Under the pieces are notes generated by a model. The model saw only the letters and a list, made by a program, of their open reading frames with translations. It was not told the DNA's origin and searched no databases. From Candidatus Nomurabacteria bacterium RIFCSPLOWO2_01_FULL_46_18 (GTDB lineage Bacteria > Patescibacteriota > Minisyncoccia > Phycocordibacterales > UBA9973): 41,427 nt of DNA. Of this stretch, positions 8,115 to 17,598 are shown in pieces. The stretch lies in the NCBI GenBank assembly GCA_001786015.1, contig MFVH01000001.1, positions 1 through 41,427 on the forward strand, in the 5' to 3' direction. The position numbers and the translations under genes are program-made. Within the stretch, counting starts at the first letter, position 1, and the number at the start of each line of letters is the position of its first letter.

Positions 8115-9316
8115 AAAATTTTTATAAATCTCCTTTTACCTATTTTAAACTTCATTCCGCTTCCCGGGATAAAACTAGGGTCGGTTATCTTTTCACCGGT
8201 TCCCAGATTTATCACCGCCCCTTCTTGCACCAGTCTTCTAAAATCACTCTTCGAAGATACAACTCTCGCTTTAACTAAAACATCCATCAGTGTTTCTCCC
8301 TCTTTCATCTCAACTTCAGTCATTTCTTCCGGGATCTTTCCTTTTTGAAAAGTATTTACGAAACTATTTTCCGCTTTTTGGGCGTATTTTTCGCTATGAT
8401 ACATTTTAACAATTTCTTTACCCAATTTTAATTTTACCTCTTTTGGGTTTAAAGATTTATTTCTTAGACCCTCTTCGATCTTTTCTGTTTCAGAAAAAGG
8501 AATGTTGGTGCAAAGCTTCATATATTTAGTGATAAGACTATCTGGTATCGACATTATCTTTCCAAACATTTCGTTTGGTTTTTCATCCAAGGCAATATAA
8601 TTGCCAAAGCTCTTGCTCATTTTTCTAACGCCGTCAATTCCTTCAAGAAGTGGTAGGGTTAAAATGTCTTGTTCTGGTATTTTAAAATAACGCTGAACTC
8701 TGCGACCCATAAGAAGATTAAACTTTTGATCCGTGCCACCAAGCTCAACGTCTGCTTTTATTGCGACAGAATCATACCCTTGGAGTAGCGGATAAAGGAC
8801 TTCCAAAATAGTTATGTCTTGGTTGTTATCAATCCTCTTTTTAAAATCGGAACGATGTAATACTTGTTGTATTGTTCCTGCCCTGGAAAGTTCCAGAATG
8901 GTGGTCATTTTATTATCCAGCCATTCGCTGTTGTGGCGAACCTCAACTTCCTTAAGTTTTAAAACTTTCCCGGCCTGCCTTAGATAACTTTTCATGTTTC
9001 TTTTGACTTCGGACTGGCTAAGAATTTTTCGGGTTTCAGATCTGCCCGATGGATCACCTATCATGGCGGTAGAATCTCCAATTATCAAAACCGCCTTATG
9101 CCCTAAATCTTGGAATTGGCGAAGTTTGCGCAGGGGAACAGTGTGCCCGATGTGAAGATCGGGTGTTGTTGGGTCAATCCCAAATTTTACTCGCAGTTGT
9201 TTGCCAGACTTTAGTCTTAAGGCGAGGTGCTCTCTTTCTATAATTTCTTCCACCCCAGCGCTTAAAATTTCTTCGATTTTCGCCTGATCGGTGATTATTT
9301 TCATTATTCGAATCAT
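8111..9316 (-). CDS. tyrS: Tyrosyl-tRNA synthetase
   Basis: 401 aa. HIGH motif (PDLHIGHTVPL), KMSKS motif (RKMSKSFGNYI), and a C-terminal S4-like RNA-binding domain (SKSDFRRLVQEGAV). Confidence 0.88.
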   Translation of the reverse strand: MIRIMKIITDQAKIEEILSAGVEEIIEREHLALRLKSGKQLRVKFGIDPTTPDLHIGHTVPLRKLRQFQDLGHKAVLIIGDSTAMIGDPSGRSETRKILSQSEVKRNMKSYLRQAGKVLKLKEVEVRHNSEWLDNKMTTILELSRAGTIQQVLHRSDFKKRIDNNQDITILEVLYPLLQGYDSVAIKADVELGGTDQKFNLLMGRRVQRYFKIPEQDILTLPLLEGIDGVRKMSKSFGNYIALDEKPNEMFGKIMSIPDSLITKYMKLCTNIPFSETEKIEEGLRNKSLNPKEVKLKLGKEIVKMYHSEKYAQKAENSFVNTFQKGKIPEEMTEVEMKEGETLMDVLVKARVVSSKSDFRRLVQEGAVINLGTGEKITDPSFIPGSGMKFKIGKRRFIKIF

Positions 9317-9343
9317 AACACTTTTTCTGCTATAATTGAAGCC

Positions 9344-11863
9344 GTGTTTAAGAAAGTATTTAAAAAAATTAAAAAAACCGAAACAAACTTAATTTTATTT
9401 TTGGCCGGGTTAGTCATCTTTTTCGGCGGAGTTGGAGTTATTTGGGTTTTCTCTTTTAAAATTCCGGACTTGAATTCCTTTGAAGATAGAAAAATCGTGA
9501 ACTCGACCAAAATCTACGACCGGACCGGCGAATTTTTGCTCTACGATATCCACCGTGACATTCGTCGAACGAATATCCCCTTCGACCAGATGGGCGCCAA
9601 TATTAAAAACGCCACCGTGGCGGTGGAAGATTCCGATTTTTACAACCACAAGGGAATCCGAATCTCTTCGATTATCCGGGCCAGCCTAACCAACCTCCTG
9701 GGTACCGGCAAAACTCAAGGCGGCTCAACTATTACCCAGCAACTGGTTAAAAACACCCTGCTGAACCCGAAAAAAACTTTCGGCCGAAAAATAAAGGAGT
9801 GGGTCTTGGCGCTCAAAATCGAACGGGCCTTGCCGAAAGAAAAAATCCTTGAATTATATTTAAATGAGGTTCCTTACGGCGGAACGGTTTACGGCGTGGA
9901 GGAAGCCGCCCGCACCTATTTCGACAAAAACGCCAGCGATTTGACTCTGGCCGAGGCGGCATACCTGGCTTCCATTCCGCAATCGCCGACTTATCTTTCA
10001 CCCTACGGAAAAAATAAGGAGAAGCTGGAAGAAAGAAAAAACTTTGTACTTTTTAGAATGCGTGAACTTGGTTTTGTCGGCGACCAAGATTATGAAGCGG
10101 CTAAGAGCGAAGTGGTCGCCTTTTTGCCTCAAACCAGCGGAAGCATCAAAGCGCCGCACTTCGTATTTTTCCTTAAAGACTATTTGGAACAAAAATATGG
10201 AACGGATGTGGTGGAGAACGGCGGGCTCAAAATCGTAAGCACCCTCGACTATGAATTGGAGAAAAAAGCGGAAGAGATTGTTAAAGAGGGGGCGCTTCAA
10301 AATGAAAAAAACTGGAACGGTAAGAACGCCGGCCTGGTTGCCATCGACCCCAAAACCGGACAAATTTTGGCGATGGTCGGCTCCCGCGATTATTTTGACA
10401 AAAACATCGACGGTAATTACAACGTGGCAACCGCGCGAAGGCAGCCCGGGTCATCTTTCAAGCCGTTTATTTACGCAACCGCCTTCAACGAAGGGTTTAC
10501 CGAGGCCACGGTGCTCTTCGACCTGCCGACGGAATTTCAGACAACTTGCGACCCTTATGGCAAAGCCCGGCCCGGATACAACCAAGACGATTGCTACATG
10601 CCCCAGAATTACGACGGTTTGCATCGGGGGCCAATGAAGCTTCGGGACGCTCTGGCCCAATCGATTAACATCCCGGCGGTGAAACTTTTTTATCTGGTGG
10701 GTTTGAAAAACGCGCTCAATCTTGCCCAAGAAATGGGGATCAGTACCTTGACTGACATCAGCCGCTACGGGCTTACATTGGTTATCGGCGGCGGCGAGGT
10801 TACTTTACTCGACATGACTTCCGCTTTTGGAGTTTTTGCCAACGATGGCGTCCGTAATTCTTATACCGGAATTTTAAAAGTTGAAGACGCGAACGGAAAT
10901 ATCCTGGAAGAATTTTCCCCGAACGGAAAAGAGGTGTTGCCAAAGAATACCGCCTTGACTCTTTCCGATATTTTGTCGGACAACCTGGCTCGCGTCCCGA
11001 CCTTTGGCGTCGCTTCCCCGCTTTTGATACCAGGCAGAGAGGTTGCGGTTAAAACCGGAACGACTAACAGCAATAGAGACGCTTGGACGGTCGGCTATAC
11101 TCCCTCAATCGCCGTCGGGGTTTGGGTCGGGAACAACGATAACCAGCCAATGAAAAAGGGCGGGGCGGCCATGGCCGGCCCGATTTGGAATAAATTCATA
11201 ACGGAAGCCTTAAAAAAACTGCCGAATGAAAATTTCGAAAAGCCGAACCTGGCGATTGATCCGGCCCTAAAACCGGTCTTGCGCGGCTACTGGCAAGGGA
11301 ATGAAAGCTTTGTAATCGATAAAATCTCCGGCAAATTGGCAACCGAAAATACCCCGCCGGAAACCCGGGAAGAAAAAATCATAACCAACGTTCATTCGAT
11401 TCTTTACTGGGTGGACAAAAATAATATTTTGGGGCCGCCGCCGGAGAACCCAGCTTCCGATCCGCAATTCAGCCGCTGGGAAACCGCGGTGCAAAATTGG
11501 TGGGCGCAAAACAGCGGGAGTTTTGCGAGAGTAACCGCCGGGGAAAAACCAACCTTGACCGACGATGTCCATCGCGGAGAGCTTGGGCCAAAAATTTCAA
11601 TCCTGGAACCGAACGAAAATATTTCTTACCGCGCGGGCCAAAGAATAAATTTGAAGATTTCCAATCCCGGATCTTTCCCGATCCAGAAAATAGACGTTTT
11701 CGTGAACGATGTTTATTTGGGAAGCGCCGAGGGGCCGCTTGCCTTTTCTTTTATTCCCGAAGAATTGGATAATTTAAAAGAAAAAAACACAATAAGAGTA
11801 ATTTCCTATGATTCCGTCTTCAACCGCTCGGAGGGCGTTTCAACTTTTAAGGTAGAACAATAG
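9344..11863 (+). CDS. Class A penicillin-binding protein (glycosyltransferase GT51 plus transpeptidase), GTG start
   Basis: 839 aa with an N-terminal TM segment. GT51 motifs are EDSDFYNHKGI and GGSTITQQL. Transpeptidase motifs are SSFKP (SxxK), SIN (SxN) and KTGTT. Confidence 0.9.
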   Translation: MFKKVFKKIKKTETNLILFLAGLVIFFGGVGVIWVFSFKIPDLNSFEDRKIVNSTKIYDRTGEFLLYDIHRDIRRTNIPFDQMGANIKNATVAVEDSDFYNHKGIRISSIIRASLTNLLGTGKTQGGSTITQQLVKNTLLNPKKTFGRKIKEWVLALKIERALPKEKILELYLNEVPYGGTVYGVEEAARTYFDKNASDLTLAEAAYLASIPQSPTYLSPYGKNKEKLEERKNFVLFRMRELGFVGDQDYEAAKSEVVAFLPQTSGSIKAPHFVFFLKDYLEQKYGTDVVENGGLKIVSTLDYELEKKAEEIVKEGALQNEKNWNGKNAGLVAIDPKTGQILAMVGSRDYFDKNIDGNYNVATARRQPGSSFKPFIYATAFNEGFTEATVLFDLPTEFQTTCDPYGKARPGYNQDDCYMPQNYDGLHRGPMKLRDALAQSINIPAVKLFYLVGLKNALNLAQEMGISTLTDISRYGLTLVIGGGEVTLLDMTSAFGVFANDGVRNSYTGILKVEDANGNILEEFSPNGKEVLPKNTALTLSDILSDNLARVPTFGVASPLLIPGREVAVKTGTTNSNRDAWTVGYTPSIAVGVWVGNNDNQPMKKGGAAMAGPIWNKFITEALKKLPNENFEKPNLAIDPALKPVLRGYWQGNESFVIDKISGKLATENTPPETREEKIITNVHSILYWVDKNNILGPPPENPASDPQFSRWETAVQNWWAQNSGSFARVTAGEKPTLTDDVHRGELGPKISILEPNENISYRAGQRINLKISNPGSFPIQKIDVFVNDVYLGSAEGPLAFSFIPEELDNLKEKNTIRVISYDSVFNRSEGVSTFKVEQ

Positions 11864-11867
11864 AGAG

Positions 11868-12962
11868 CTAACGGTTCATCGGCATAATTAAATAAGTGAA
11901 AGACGGGTCGGAAAGCGGGGCGACCACGATCGGGCGAGCGGCACCCAAGAGCTTGATCGAGAGGCTATCGGTCGGAATTGACTGAAAGCAGTCCAGGAAA
12001 TATTTAAAGTTAAAACTAAGCTCTACCGCCTCGCCGGAGAGCGCCGCGTCCAAGTGCGTTTTATTTTCCCCCACGTCATTGTTGGCTGAAGAAAGCTCAA
12101 AAATTTTTTCTTTTGGCGCGATTCGGAGATTCACTTGATTGAATTTATCGGAAAAAATATTCGAGAGCTTGAGCGCGCCCAGGAGCTCTTGCTTCAAAAC
12201 CACCGCCTCGGTTTTCGACTCTTTTGGGATAATTTGGCGATAGTCGGGAAAAATTCCATTCACCACCCGTGAGGTTAGGTAAGTGTTCTCCGCGGAAAAA
12301 GAAACTTGATTCTTATTAAAACATATTTTTACTTCGCCCTGGAGTTCGCCGAAAACCCGCAATATTTCCGGGATGTTTTTAAAAGGAATAAGGACACTCA
12401 TCGCTTCGGCTCCCCTCACCTTGATTTTCTTCTCCGCTAGACGGAAGGAGTCGGTGGCAACAAAAATCAGATTATCCTCATTCGAATAAATATAAACACT
12501 GGAAATTTCTGGCTTTACATCTGAGACGGCGGAGCTGTAATAAACAGATTTTATGCCGTCAATCACTTTTTGGGCTTCAATTTTAAACTCGGTGCCGGAA
12601 ACCGTCGGGATGGTCGGAAAGTCATCCCAGGGTTGACCTTTTACTTTTACTTTATTTCTTTTTGTTTTAACCATTAGGTTTCCGTCAACGCTTTCCAGAG
12701 AAACGCTTTCGGTGTCTAAAATATTTGAAAAAACGTCCGCCAAAACCCCTCCGGGGATCGCTAGGGTACCTTCTTTTTCAATCTTAGCCGGGATTTCAAT
12801 CTCAATTCCCAGGCTTAGGTTGGTGGCGCGAAGTTTCAGCGATTTACCGGAAGCAATTAAAAGAATTGAATTTAAAACCGGCAGGGTTAAATTTTTACCA
12901 GTAACTCTTTCGGCCTGGAAAATCCCATTTTTAATTTTTTCAACACCGCAATCTATTTTCAT
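11868..12962 (-). CDS. dnaN: DNA polymerase III beta sliding clamp
   Basis: 364 aa located immediately downstream of dnaA. It has typical three-domain clamp length and sequence features (LPVLNSILL, FNFKYFLD, MPM near the C-terminus). Confidence 0.9.
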   Translation of the reverse strand: MKIDCGVEKIKNGIFQAERVTGKNLTLPVLNSILLIASGKSLKLRATNLSLGIEIEIPAKIEKEGTLAIPGGVLADVFSNILDTESVSLESVDGNLMVKTKRNKVKVKGQPWDDFPTIPTVSGTEFKIEAQKVIDGIKSVYYSSAVSDVKPEISSVYIYSNEDNLIFVATDSFRLAEKKIKVRGAEAMSVLIPFKNIPEILRVFGELQGEVKICFNKNQVSFSAENTYLTSRVVNGIFPDYRQIIPKESKTEAVVLKQELLGALKLSNIFSDKFNQVNLRIAPKEKIFELSSANNDVGENKTHLDAALSGEAVELSFNFKYFLDCFQSIPTDSLSIKLLGAARPIVVAPLSDPSFTYLIMPMNR

Positions 12963-13046
12963 TTTGTTAATATCTTTATATATTTAATTTATTAATACTA
13001 TTAGCTCTGTTAATAAGTGGATAAGTAAAAAATCTTTTATAATTAA
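12963..13046. promoter_or_regulatory. Very AT-rich dnaA-dnaN spacer with one DnaA-box-like 9-mer; candidate origin/unwinding segment
   Basis: 84 nt, almost entirely A/T. AGTGGATAA at 13016-13024 is TTATCCACT on the other strand, an 8/9 match to TTATCCACA. Confidence 0.3.
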
Positions 13047-14390
13047 TCACTTAAATAGAATTCTAATTTGTTCAACCTCCTGTAAAAGCTGTGGATCGTT
13101 TTTCAGGTCACCTTTTATTTTTAAATAGGAGTGGATCACGGTAGTATGGTCCTTACCGCCGAGCTTTTGCCCGATCAAGGGGTAAGAAACACTGAAATCT
13201 TCGCGCAAGAGGTACATTACTACCTGCCTGGCCTTGACGATTTCTTTTCTTCTGGTTTTTTCATAGATAGTGGTCTCTTCCAAATTATAATAGTCGCTGA
13301 CTGTTTTCACCACGTCTTTGATCGCCACGTTTTTCTTTGGCCGAAGGTTGTTTTTCAAGAGACTTTTGGCTTCGGAAAGCGAAACCGGCTTATTTTTTAA
13401 GCGATATTGGCAAACAATGATGTTTAAACTTCCTTCCAGCTCCCGAATATTCCCCTGAATCGCGCTCGCGACGTATTCAACCACCTCTTGATCCAAATCA
13501 ACATTCATTTCCCGAAGCTTTACTTTCAAGATCGCTAGGCGCGATTCATATTCCGGCTCGGTGATATCAACGATCATGCCGGCGGCAAAACGGGATTTCA
13601 ACCGATCGGCCAGCTCCGGGATGTGGTTGGGGTGCTTATCCGAAGAAAAAATGATCTGCTTGCTGTTTTCATGGAAGGTGTTGAAGGTATGGAAAAGTTC
13701 TTCTTGGATTTTCTCCATTTTGCCGATGAATTGGATGTCGTCGATGATCAGAAGATCATATTTGCGATATTTTTCCTTAAAAGAGTTCGCCTTGTTGTTT
13801 TGGAGCGAATTGACGAAATCGGTCGCGAATTTCTCCAGCGTCAGGTAATGCACTTTTTTGCCTGGAAATTTTTCTTTGATCGAATTGCCAACGGCCTGAA
13901 TGAGGTGAGTTTTACCCAGACCGGTCGCCCCGTAGACGAAGAACGGATTGTACTTCGTTCCCGGGCTCTCAATGATCGCCTGCGCCGCGGCATAAGCTAG
14001 CTCGTTAAAAGATCCAACGATAAAAGAATCAAATCGATAGCGGGAATTTAGATTGTCATCCGGATTTATATACAAATCCTTAAGCGGCAATTCCCTGTTG
14101 ATATAGTTGTTTTCGGTCCGGGGAATTTCTTGCCTGCCGGCCTCGGCCTTGGTAATCGTATATTCCACCGCGCGCATGTTTTCGTAGGCCCCGGCAATGG
14201 TTTTGGTTATGAGTTTGTGATATTTGTTCTTCAGCCAGTCGCGAACAAACTCATTCGGGACACCGACATAAATAACCCCCATTTCTTCCTTTAAAATAGA
14301 TGTATTTTTGAACCAAGTGCTGAAATTGGCCTTAGAGACGTCAGCCTCGATTCCACTCAAACAGTTTTTCCAAAGCTCTTTCGTGTCCAT
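13047..14390 (-). CDS. dnaA: Chromosomal replication initiator DnaA
   Basis: 447 aa. Walker A GATGLGKTHL, Walker B LLIIDDIQF, sensor GNIRELEG, and the C-terminal DNA-binding helix LIGQKLGGKDHTTVIHS. Confidence 0.97.
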   Translation of the reverse strand: MDTKELWKNCLSGIEADVSKANFSTWFKNTSILKEEMGVIYVGVPNEFVRDWLKNKYHKLITKTIAGAYENMRAVEYTITKAEAGRQEIPRTENNYINRELPLKDLYINPDDNLNSRYRFDSFIVGSFNELAYAAAQAIIESPGTKYNPFFVYGATGLGKTHLIQAVGNSIKEKFPGKKVHYLTLEKFATDFVNSLQNNKANSFKEKYRKYDLLIIDDIQFIGKMEKIQEELFHTFNTFHENSKQIIFSSDKHPNHIPELADRLKSRFAAGMIVDITEPEYESRLAILKVKLREMNVDLDQEVVEYVASAIQGNIRELEGSLNIIVCQYRLKNKPVSLSEAKSLLKNNLRPKKNVAIKDVVKTVSDYYNLEETTIYEKTRRKEIVKARQVVMYLLREDFSVSYPLIGQKLGGKDHTTVIHSYLKIKGDLKNDPQLLQEVEQIRILFK

Positions 14391-14398
14391 CGGCTTGC

Positions 14399-14404
14399 AT
14401 TATA
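14399..14404 (-). promoter_or_regulatory. Candidate -10 box (TATAAT) 8 nt upstream of the dnaA ATG
   Basis: The minus strand reads ...GATAGTATAATGCAAGCCG-ATG. I found no convincing -35 element. Confidence 0.3.
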
Positions 14405-14450
14405 CTATCAGTTTTTAAATTAAGAAACTCTCAACTTCTTATTAACTATG

Positions 14451-14479
14451 TTGATAAACTGTTGATAATCTAATATACT
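14451..14479 (+). promoter_or_regulatory. Candidate promoter of the rpmH operon (TTGATA-17-TATACT); ATG lies 6 nt after the -10
   Basis: TTGATA at 14451-14456, a 17-nt spacer, TATACT at 14474-14479, and the rpmH ATG at 14486. Confidence 0.45.
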
Positions 14480-14485
14480 ACCCAG

Positions 14486-14620
14486 ATGTCGCAAACATAT
14501 CAACCCAAAAAACGAAAAAGGAAAAAAACGCATGGGTTTTTGGTAAGGTCTAGAAAAAATACCGGCCAAAAAGTGCTACGAAGGCGAAGAAGGAAAGGAA
14601 GGGCCAGAATTTCAGTCTAG
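14486..14620 (+). CDS. rpmH: 50S ribosomal protein L34
   Basis: 44 aa, [44 protein letters not shown]. It is below the ORF-track size cutoff. It sits in the classic position divergent from dnaA and upstream of rnpA. Confidence 0.9.
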   Translation: MSQTYQPKKRKRKKTHGFLVRSRKNTGQKVLRRRRRKGRARISV

Positions 14621-14621
14621 C

Positions 14622-14936
14622 ATGCTTCCTAAAAAGAATAGAATCGACAGAAAAACAGTGGCAAAGATTTTTAAAATCGGAAGATTTGTCGGTTCTCAGA
14701 ATTTAACCCTGAAGTTTATAAAGGAGAGCGGCGGACAGTCAAGAATTTCTTTCGTTGTTCCCAAAAATGTTGCCAGGGCTTCAAGCAAACGAAATTATCT
14801 ACGTCGACGGGGTTACATAATAATAGAGAAATATCTAAACCGTTTTCCTCTCGGATTTTACGGAGTTTTTATTTTTAAAACAATAAACATCGATATAGAA
14901 AATGAAATCAAAACAATTCTTACTAAGTTGCATTAA
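14622..14936 (+). CDS. rnpA: RNase P protein component
   Basis: 104 aa and basic. It starts 1 nt after the rpmH stop, in the conserved rpmH-rnpA-yidD-yidC order. Confidence 0.8.
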   Translation: MLPKKNRIDRKTVAKIFKIGRFVGSQNLTLKFIKESGGQSRISFVVPKNVARASSKRNYLRRRGYIIIEKYLNRFPLGFYGVFIFKTINIDIENEIKTILTKLH

Positions 14937-15117
14937 CTTTTATCAAAAAAGATTGAGCCCCATCAAAAAACCAAGCTGTGTTTTTTTTCCAACTTGTTCG
15001 AATTATGCGAAAGAAGCGATTTTAAAATACGGAGCCAAAAAGGGCACGAAACTTGCCCTACTTCGAATCCTTCGTTGCCACCCTTGGCAGAAAAATCATT
15101 TTGATCCGCTTAAATAA
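14902..15117 (+). CDS. yidD: Membrane protein insertion efficiency factor YidD
   Basis: 71 aa with FYQKRLSP and CVFFPTCSNYAKEAI motifs. It overlaps the rnpA 3' end. Confidence 0.85.
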   Translation: MKSKQFLLSCINFYQKRLSPIKKPSCVFFPTCSNYAKEAILKYGAKKGTKLALLRILRCHPWQKNHFDPLK

Positions 15118-15134
15118 TCTGATAGAATGAGTGA

Positions 15135-15839
15135 ATGTTGGGAGATATTTGGAACTTTCTTTTATATCAGCCGCTCCTCAATATTTTGGCGTTCCTCGTT
15201 TCAATCGTTCCCGGCGGCGATGTGGGGCTCGCCATTATAATTCTCACGCTTTTGGTAAAAATTGTTCTCTATCCCCTTTCCCAGCGCTCGATCGAAAGCC
15301 AGGCCAAGATGAATCTCTTGGCTCCGGAGCTTAAAAAAATCAAAGAAAACGGCAAAAGCAAAGAAGAACAGGCGCGACTCACCTTCGAACTCTACAAAAC
15401 AAACAAGGCTAATCCGTTTTCCGGATGCCTTTTGGTCTTGATTCAAATACCCATAATTTTTGCTCTTTACTGGGTTTTTTACAAGGGAATAAGTTTCGAC
15501 GGCGGACTTCTTTATTCTTTTGTCCAAGCTCCGGAGAAAGTTAACATGTTCTTCCTTGGAGCTTTGGACATTGGCCAGAAAAGCTTAATCCTCGCGGTTC
15601 TGGCCGGCATCTCTCAATATCTGCAGGCGCACTTTATGCCGAAGCCCCCCTCCACGGGAGAAGCGGGATCGTTCTCGCACAGCTTTTCGAAGAGCATGCA
15701 TTTCCAGATGAAATATTTTTTCCCGTTCCTGGTCGCTTTCATCGCTTATACGATTTCCGGGGCAGTTGCATTATATTGGATTACCAGTAATATCTTCTCT
15801 GTGGGGCAGCAAATTTATGCAAAAAGACGACACAATTAA
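15135..15839 (+). CDS. yidC: Membrane protein insertase YidC (short form)
   Basis: 234 aa. LTLLVKIVLYPLS, MNLLAPELKKIKE, NPFSGCLLVLIQIPIIFALY, and a C-terminal basic tail. Confidence 0.85.
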   Translation: MLGDIWNFLLYQPLLNILAFLVSIVPGGDVGLAIIILTLLVKIVLYPLSQRSIESQAKMNLLAPELKKIKENGKSKEEQARLTFELYKTNKANPFSGCLLVLIQIPIIFALYWVFYKGISFDGGLLYSFVQAPEKVNMFFLGALDIGQKSLILAVLAGISQYLQAHFMPKPPSTGEAGSFSHSFSKSMHFQMKYFFPFLVAFIAYTISGAVALYWITSNIFSVGQQIYAKRRHN

Positions 15840-16290
15840 TTTAATCAAAGAATTAATCGAAAAAACCACCGTATCGGCTGGCGAGATTCAAGTGACCGAA
15901 GAAACCGGAGAGAGGGGGAAAAAGACAGTTTGGTTTTCCGTTGAAGTCTCCGACCCCTATCATTTCTCGGCCAGAGGCGGGGAAGGTCTTTTCGCCTTGA
16001 ATCATCTCGTGAGAAGAATAATTGAAACCCGGTCTCCGGACTTGGTCGAGGAAATTTTGGTTGACATCAACGGCTTTCAGAAAAAAAGAGTTGAAAACGT
16101 TCGCGCCGTTGCCCACATGATGGCCGAGCGAGCCCGCTACTTCAAATCAAACATTGAAGTCGATCCGATGTCCGCCTTCGAGCGGAGAATCGTGCACGAA
16201 TTCCTCTCCGATGCCGCCGATTTGAGAACCGAATCGGAGGGGACTGGTCCCGGCCGACGCGTGGTGATCAAATATATCGGCTCTTTATAA
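15817..16290 (+). CDS. jag: Jag/KhpB-type KH plus R3H RNA-binding protein
   Basis: I start it at the internal ATG at 15817 (MQKDDTINLIKE), which overlaps the yidC end by 23 nt. It carries the R3H motif region ERRIVHEFLS. Confidence 0.75.
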   Translation: MQKDDTINLIKELIEKTTVSAGEIQVTEETGERGKKTVWFSVEVSDPYHFSARGGEGLFALNHLVRRIIETRSPDLVEEILVDINGFQKKRVENVRAVAHMMAERARYFKSNIEVDPMSAFERRIVHEFLSDAADLRTESEGTGPGRRVVIKYIGSL

Positions 16291-17595
16291 TTTGATTTCC
16301 CAGAGGTAAGAGTCACTCTTGTTCACGAAGAACAAGTAACTCTCGTTTTCGTCAAGCGAAGGCTTTATGCCATCCACCACCACCCCGCCGGGCGCTCTTG
16401 TTGGCTCAAGAATTATCGCCCCGCTCCCGGTCTCCACATCTATTTTCCAAATGTCGTCATTGAAAGATACCTCTCCGCGGTACCAGCTGTCGGGATAGAA
16501 TGCCCCCGGCGCGGACTTCGGGACGGCGCAATAAATCGCGGTACTTCCCTTATTCCAAACACATTTCTCCGGCAGAGTTCGAGCGCCGAGCGCCAATGAG
16601 CTTCTTGTTTCGAGGTCGTAAATATTAAGCGATAGGCTACTGTCGCCATAGAGAATCAATTTCCCGCTCGGACTTCCAATTGCGGTAAGTCCGTTTATCC
16701 CGCCTAGAATTTTCGCTAAAGATTTGGTATCGGGATTAAGCGCGTAGAGATAGCCCGGGATGTTTCCGGAGGGCTTGGTGGTGAGAACGATCATTTTTGC
16801 GGAGGGCCACGAAGTGAGCCATTCGCTAAAGGGCGAGTCGAAGACCTGTACCTTTTTATCGCCCAAGACTCCAGATGTTGTGCCGATTACGCTTTCCCCT
16901 TGATTGTAGAGATAAAATATCTTCGAGCCGTCCGATGAAACGCTCATGTCTGTAATGTTGTCCGGTAGAAATGTCCCACCCACTTCATTGTTTTCACTTG
17001 TATCTCCCCCCAGTAATTCTTTAGGCAGAGCGCCGGCGAAAGTTTCGATCGTTCGTTCATCCACCTTCAGACGGCGCATAATCACCGCTTCCCCCTTGTT
17101 GCCGAAATACGCTTCATAGACTTTTGGGACGAGAGTACCGGTGAACTTCCGCTCGTCAATAATATCGACAAAAGTCTGGTAAATATTTCCAGTCGCCCGC
17201 GCCACATAACGTAAGGTCGGTGCGAATTCGGTTTCGGGAGGGGCCACCGCCTTCGGCGGGGTCCCGCCTTCGGCGGTGATTAGGGGTGGGGGTACTTCCA
17301 CATACCTCTCTTTTTGATACACCGTGTATCCCGCAACCGGCATGTTGGAAACTCTTCTTAGTCGAAGTTCTTGGTCCTCTCCCGCAGTCGGAATGTCAGT
17401 TGTATCTCCCGGTTCTGCCGGTGCTCCGGGCGTGGGCGTGCTCGGCTTGAAAGGATTGAATTGCGACCAGAAATTTGTGCTGGGTGTTTCGCCGGGGGCC
17501 AGCGTTCCGGGCTTTTCGCGAGTGAACCAAAAGAAAGCCAGTATCGCCAGAGCGATGAGAAGGATGATTAATAAGTTTTTGTTTCGTTTAGACAT
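16285..17595 (-). CDS. Membrane-anchored extracytoplasmic protein with a Pro/Thr-rich linker and TolB/PD40-like beta-propeller-type repeats (last gene of the T4SS-like cluster)
   Basis: 436 aa. N-terminal TM segment LLIILLIALAILAFFWF, a linker PSTPTPGAPAEPGDTTDIP, and repeated motifs (DGSKIFYL, SGKLILYGD, ESYLFFVNKSDSYLWEI). The product name is tentative. Confidence 0.5.
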   Translation of the reverse strand: MSKRNKNLLIILLIALAILAFFWFTREKPGTLAPGETPSTNFWSQFNPFKPSTPTPGAPAEPGDTTDIPTAGEDQELRLRRVSNMPVAGYTVYQKERYVEVPPPLITAEGGTPPKAVAPPETEFAPTLRYVARATGNIYQTFVDIIDERKFTGTLVPKVYEAYFGNKGEAVIMRRLKVDERTIETFAGALPKELLGGDTSENNEVGGTFLPDNITDMSVSSDGSKIFYLYNQGESVIGTTSGVLGDKKVQVFDSPFSEWLTSWPSAKMIVLTTKPSGNIPGYLYALNPDTKSLAKILGGINGLTAIGSPSGKLILYGDSSLSLNIYDLETRSSLALGARTLPEKCVWNKGSTAIYCAVPKSAPGAFYPDSWYRGEVSFNDDIWKIDVETGSGAIILEPTRAPGGVVVDGIKPSLDENESYLFFVNKSDSYLWEIKL

Positions 17596-17598
17596 GAA

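Noticed and set aside
14449-14468. Tandem TGTTGATAA motifs (also at 5759-5767), first read as DnaA-box variants (TTATCAACA).
   Set aside because: The first (14449-14457) copy contains a TTGATA hexamer (14451-14456) correctly spaced (17 nt) from a TATACT -10 for rpmH; the downstream copy's hexamer (14462-14467) is only 6 nt from that -10 and cannot serve as its -35. A promoter -35 element is therefore the more economical reading for the first copy. A dual role cannot be excluded.
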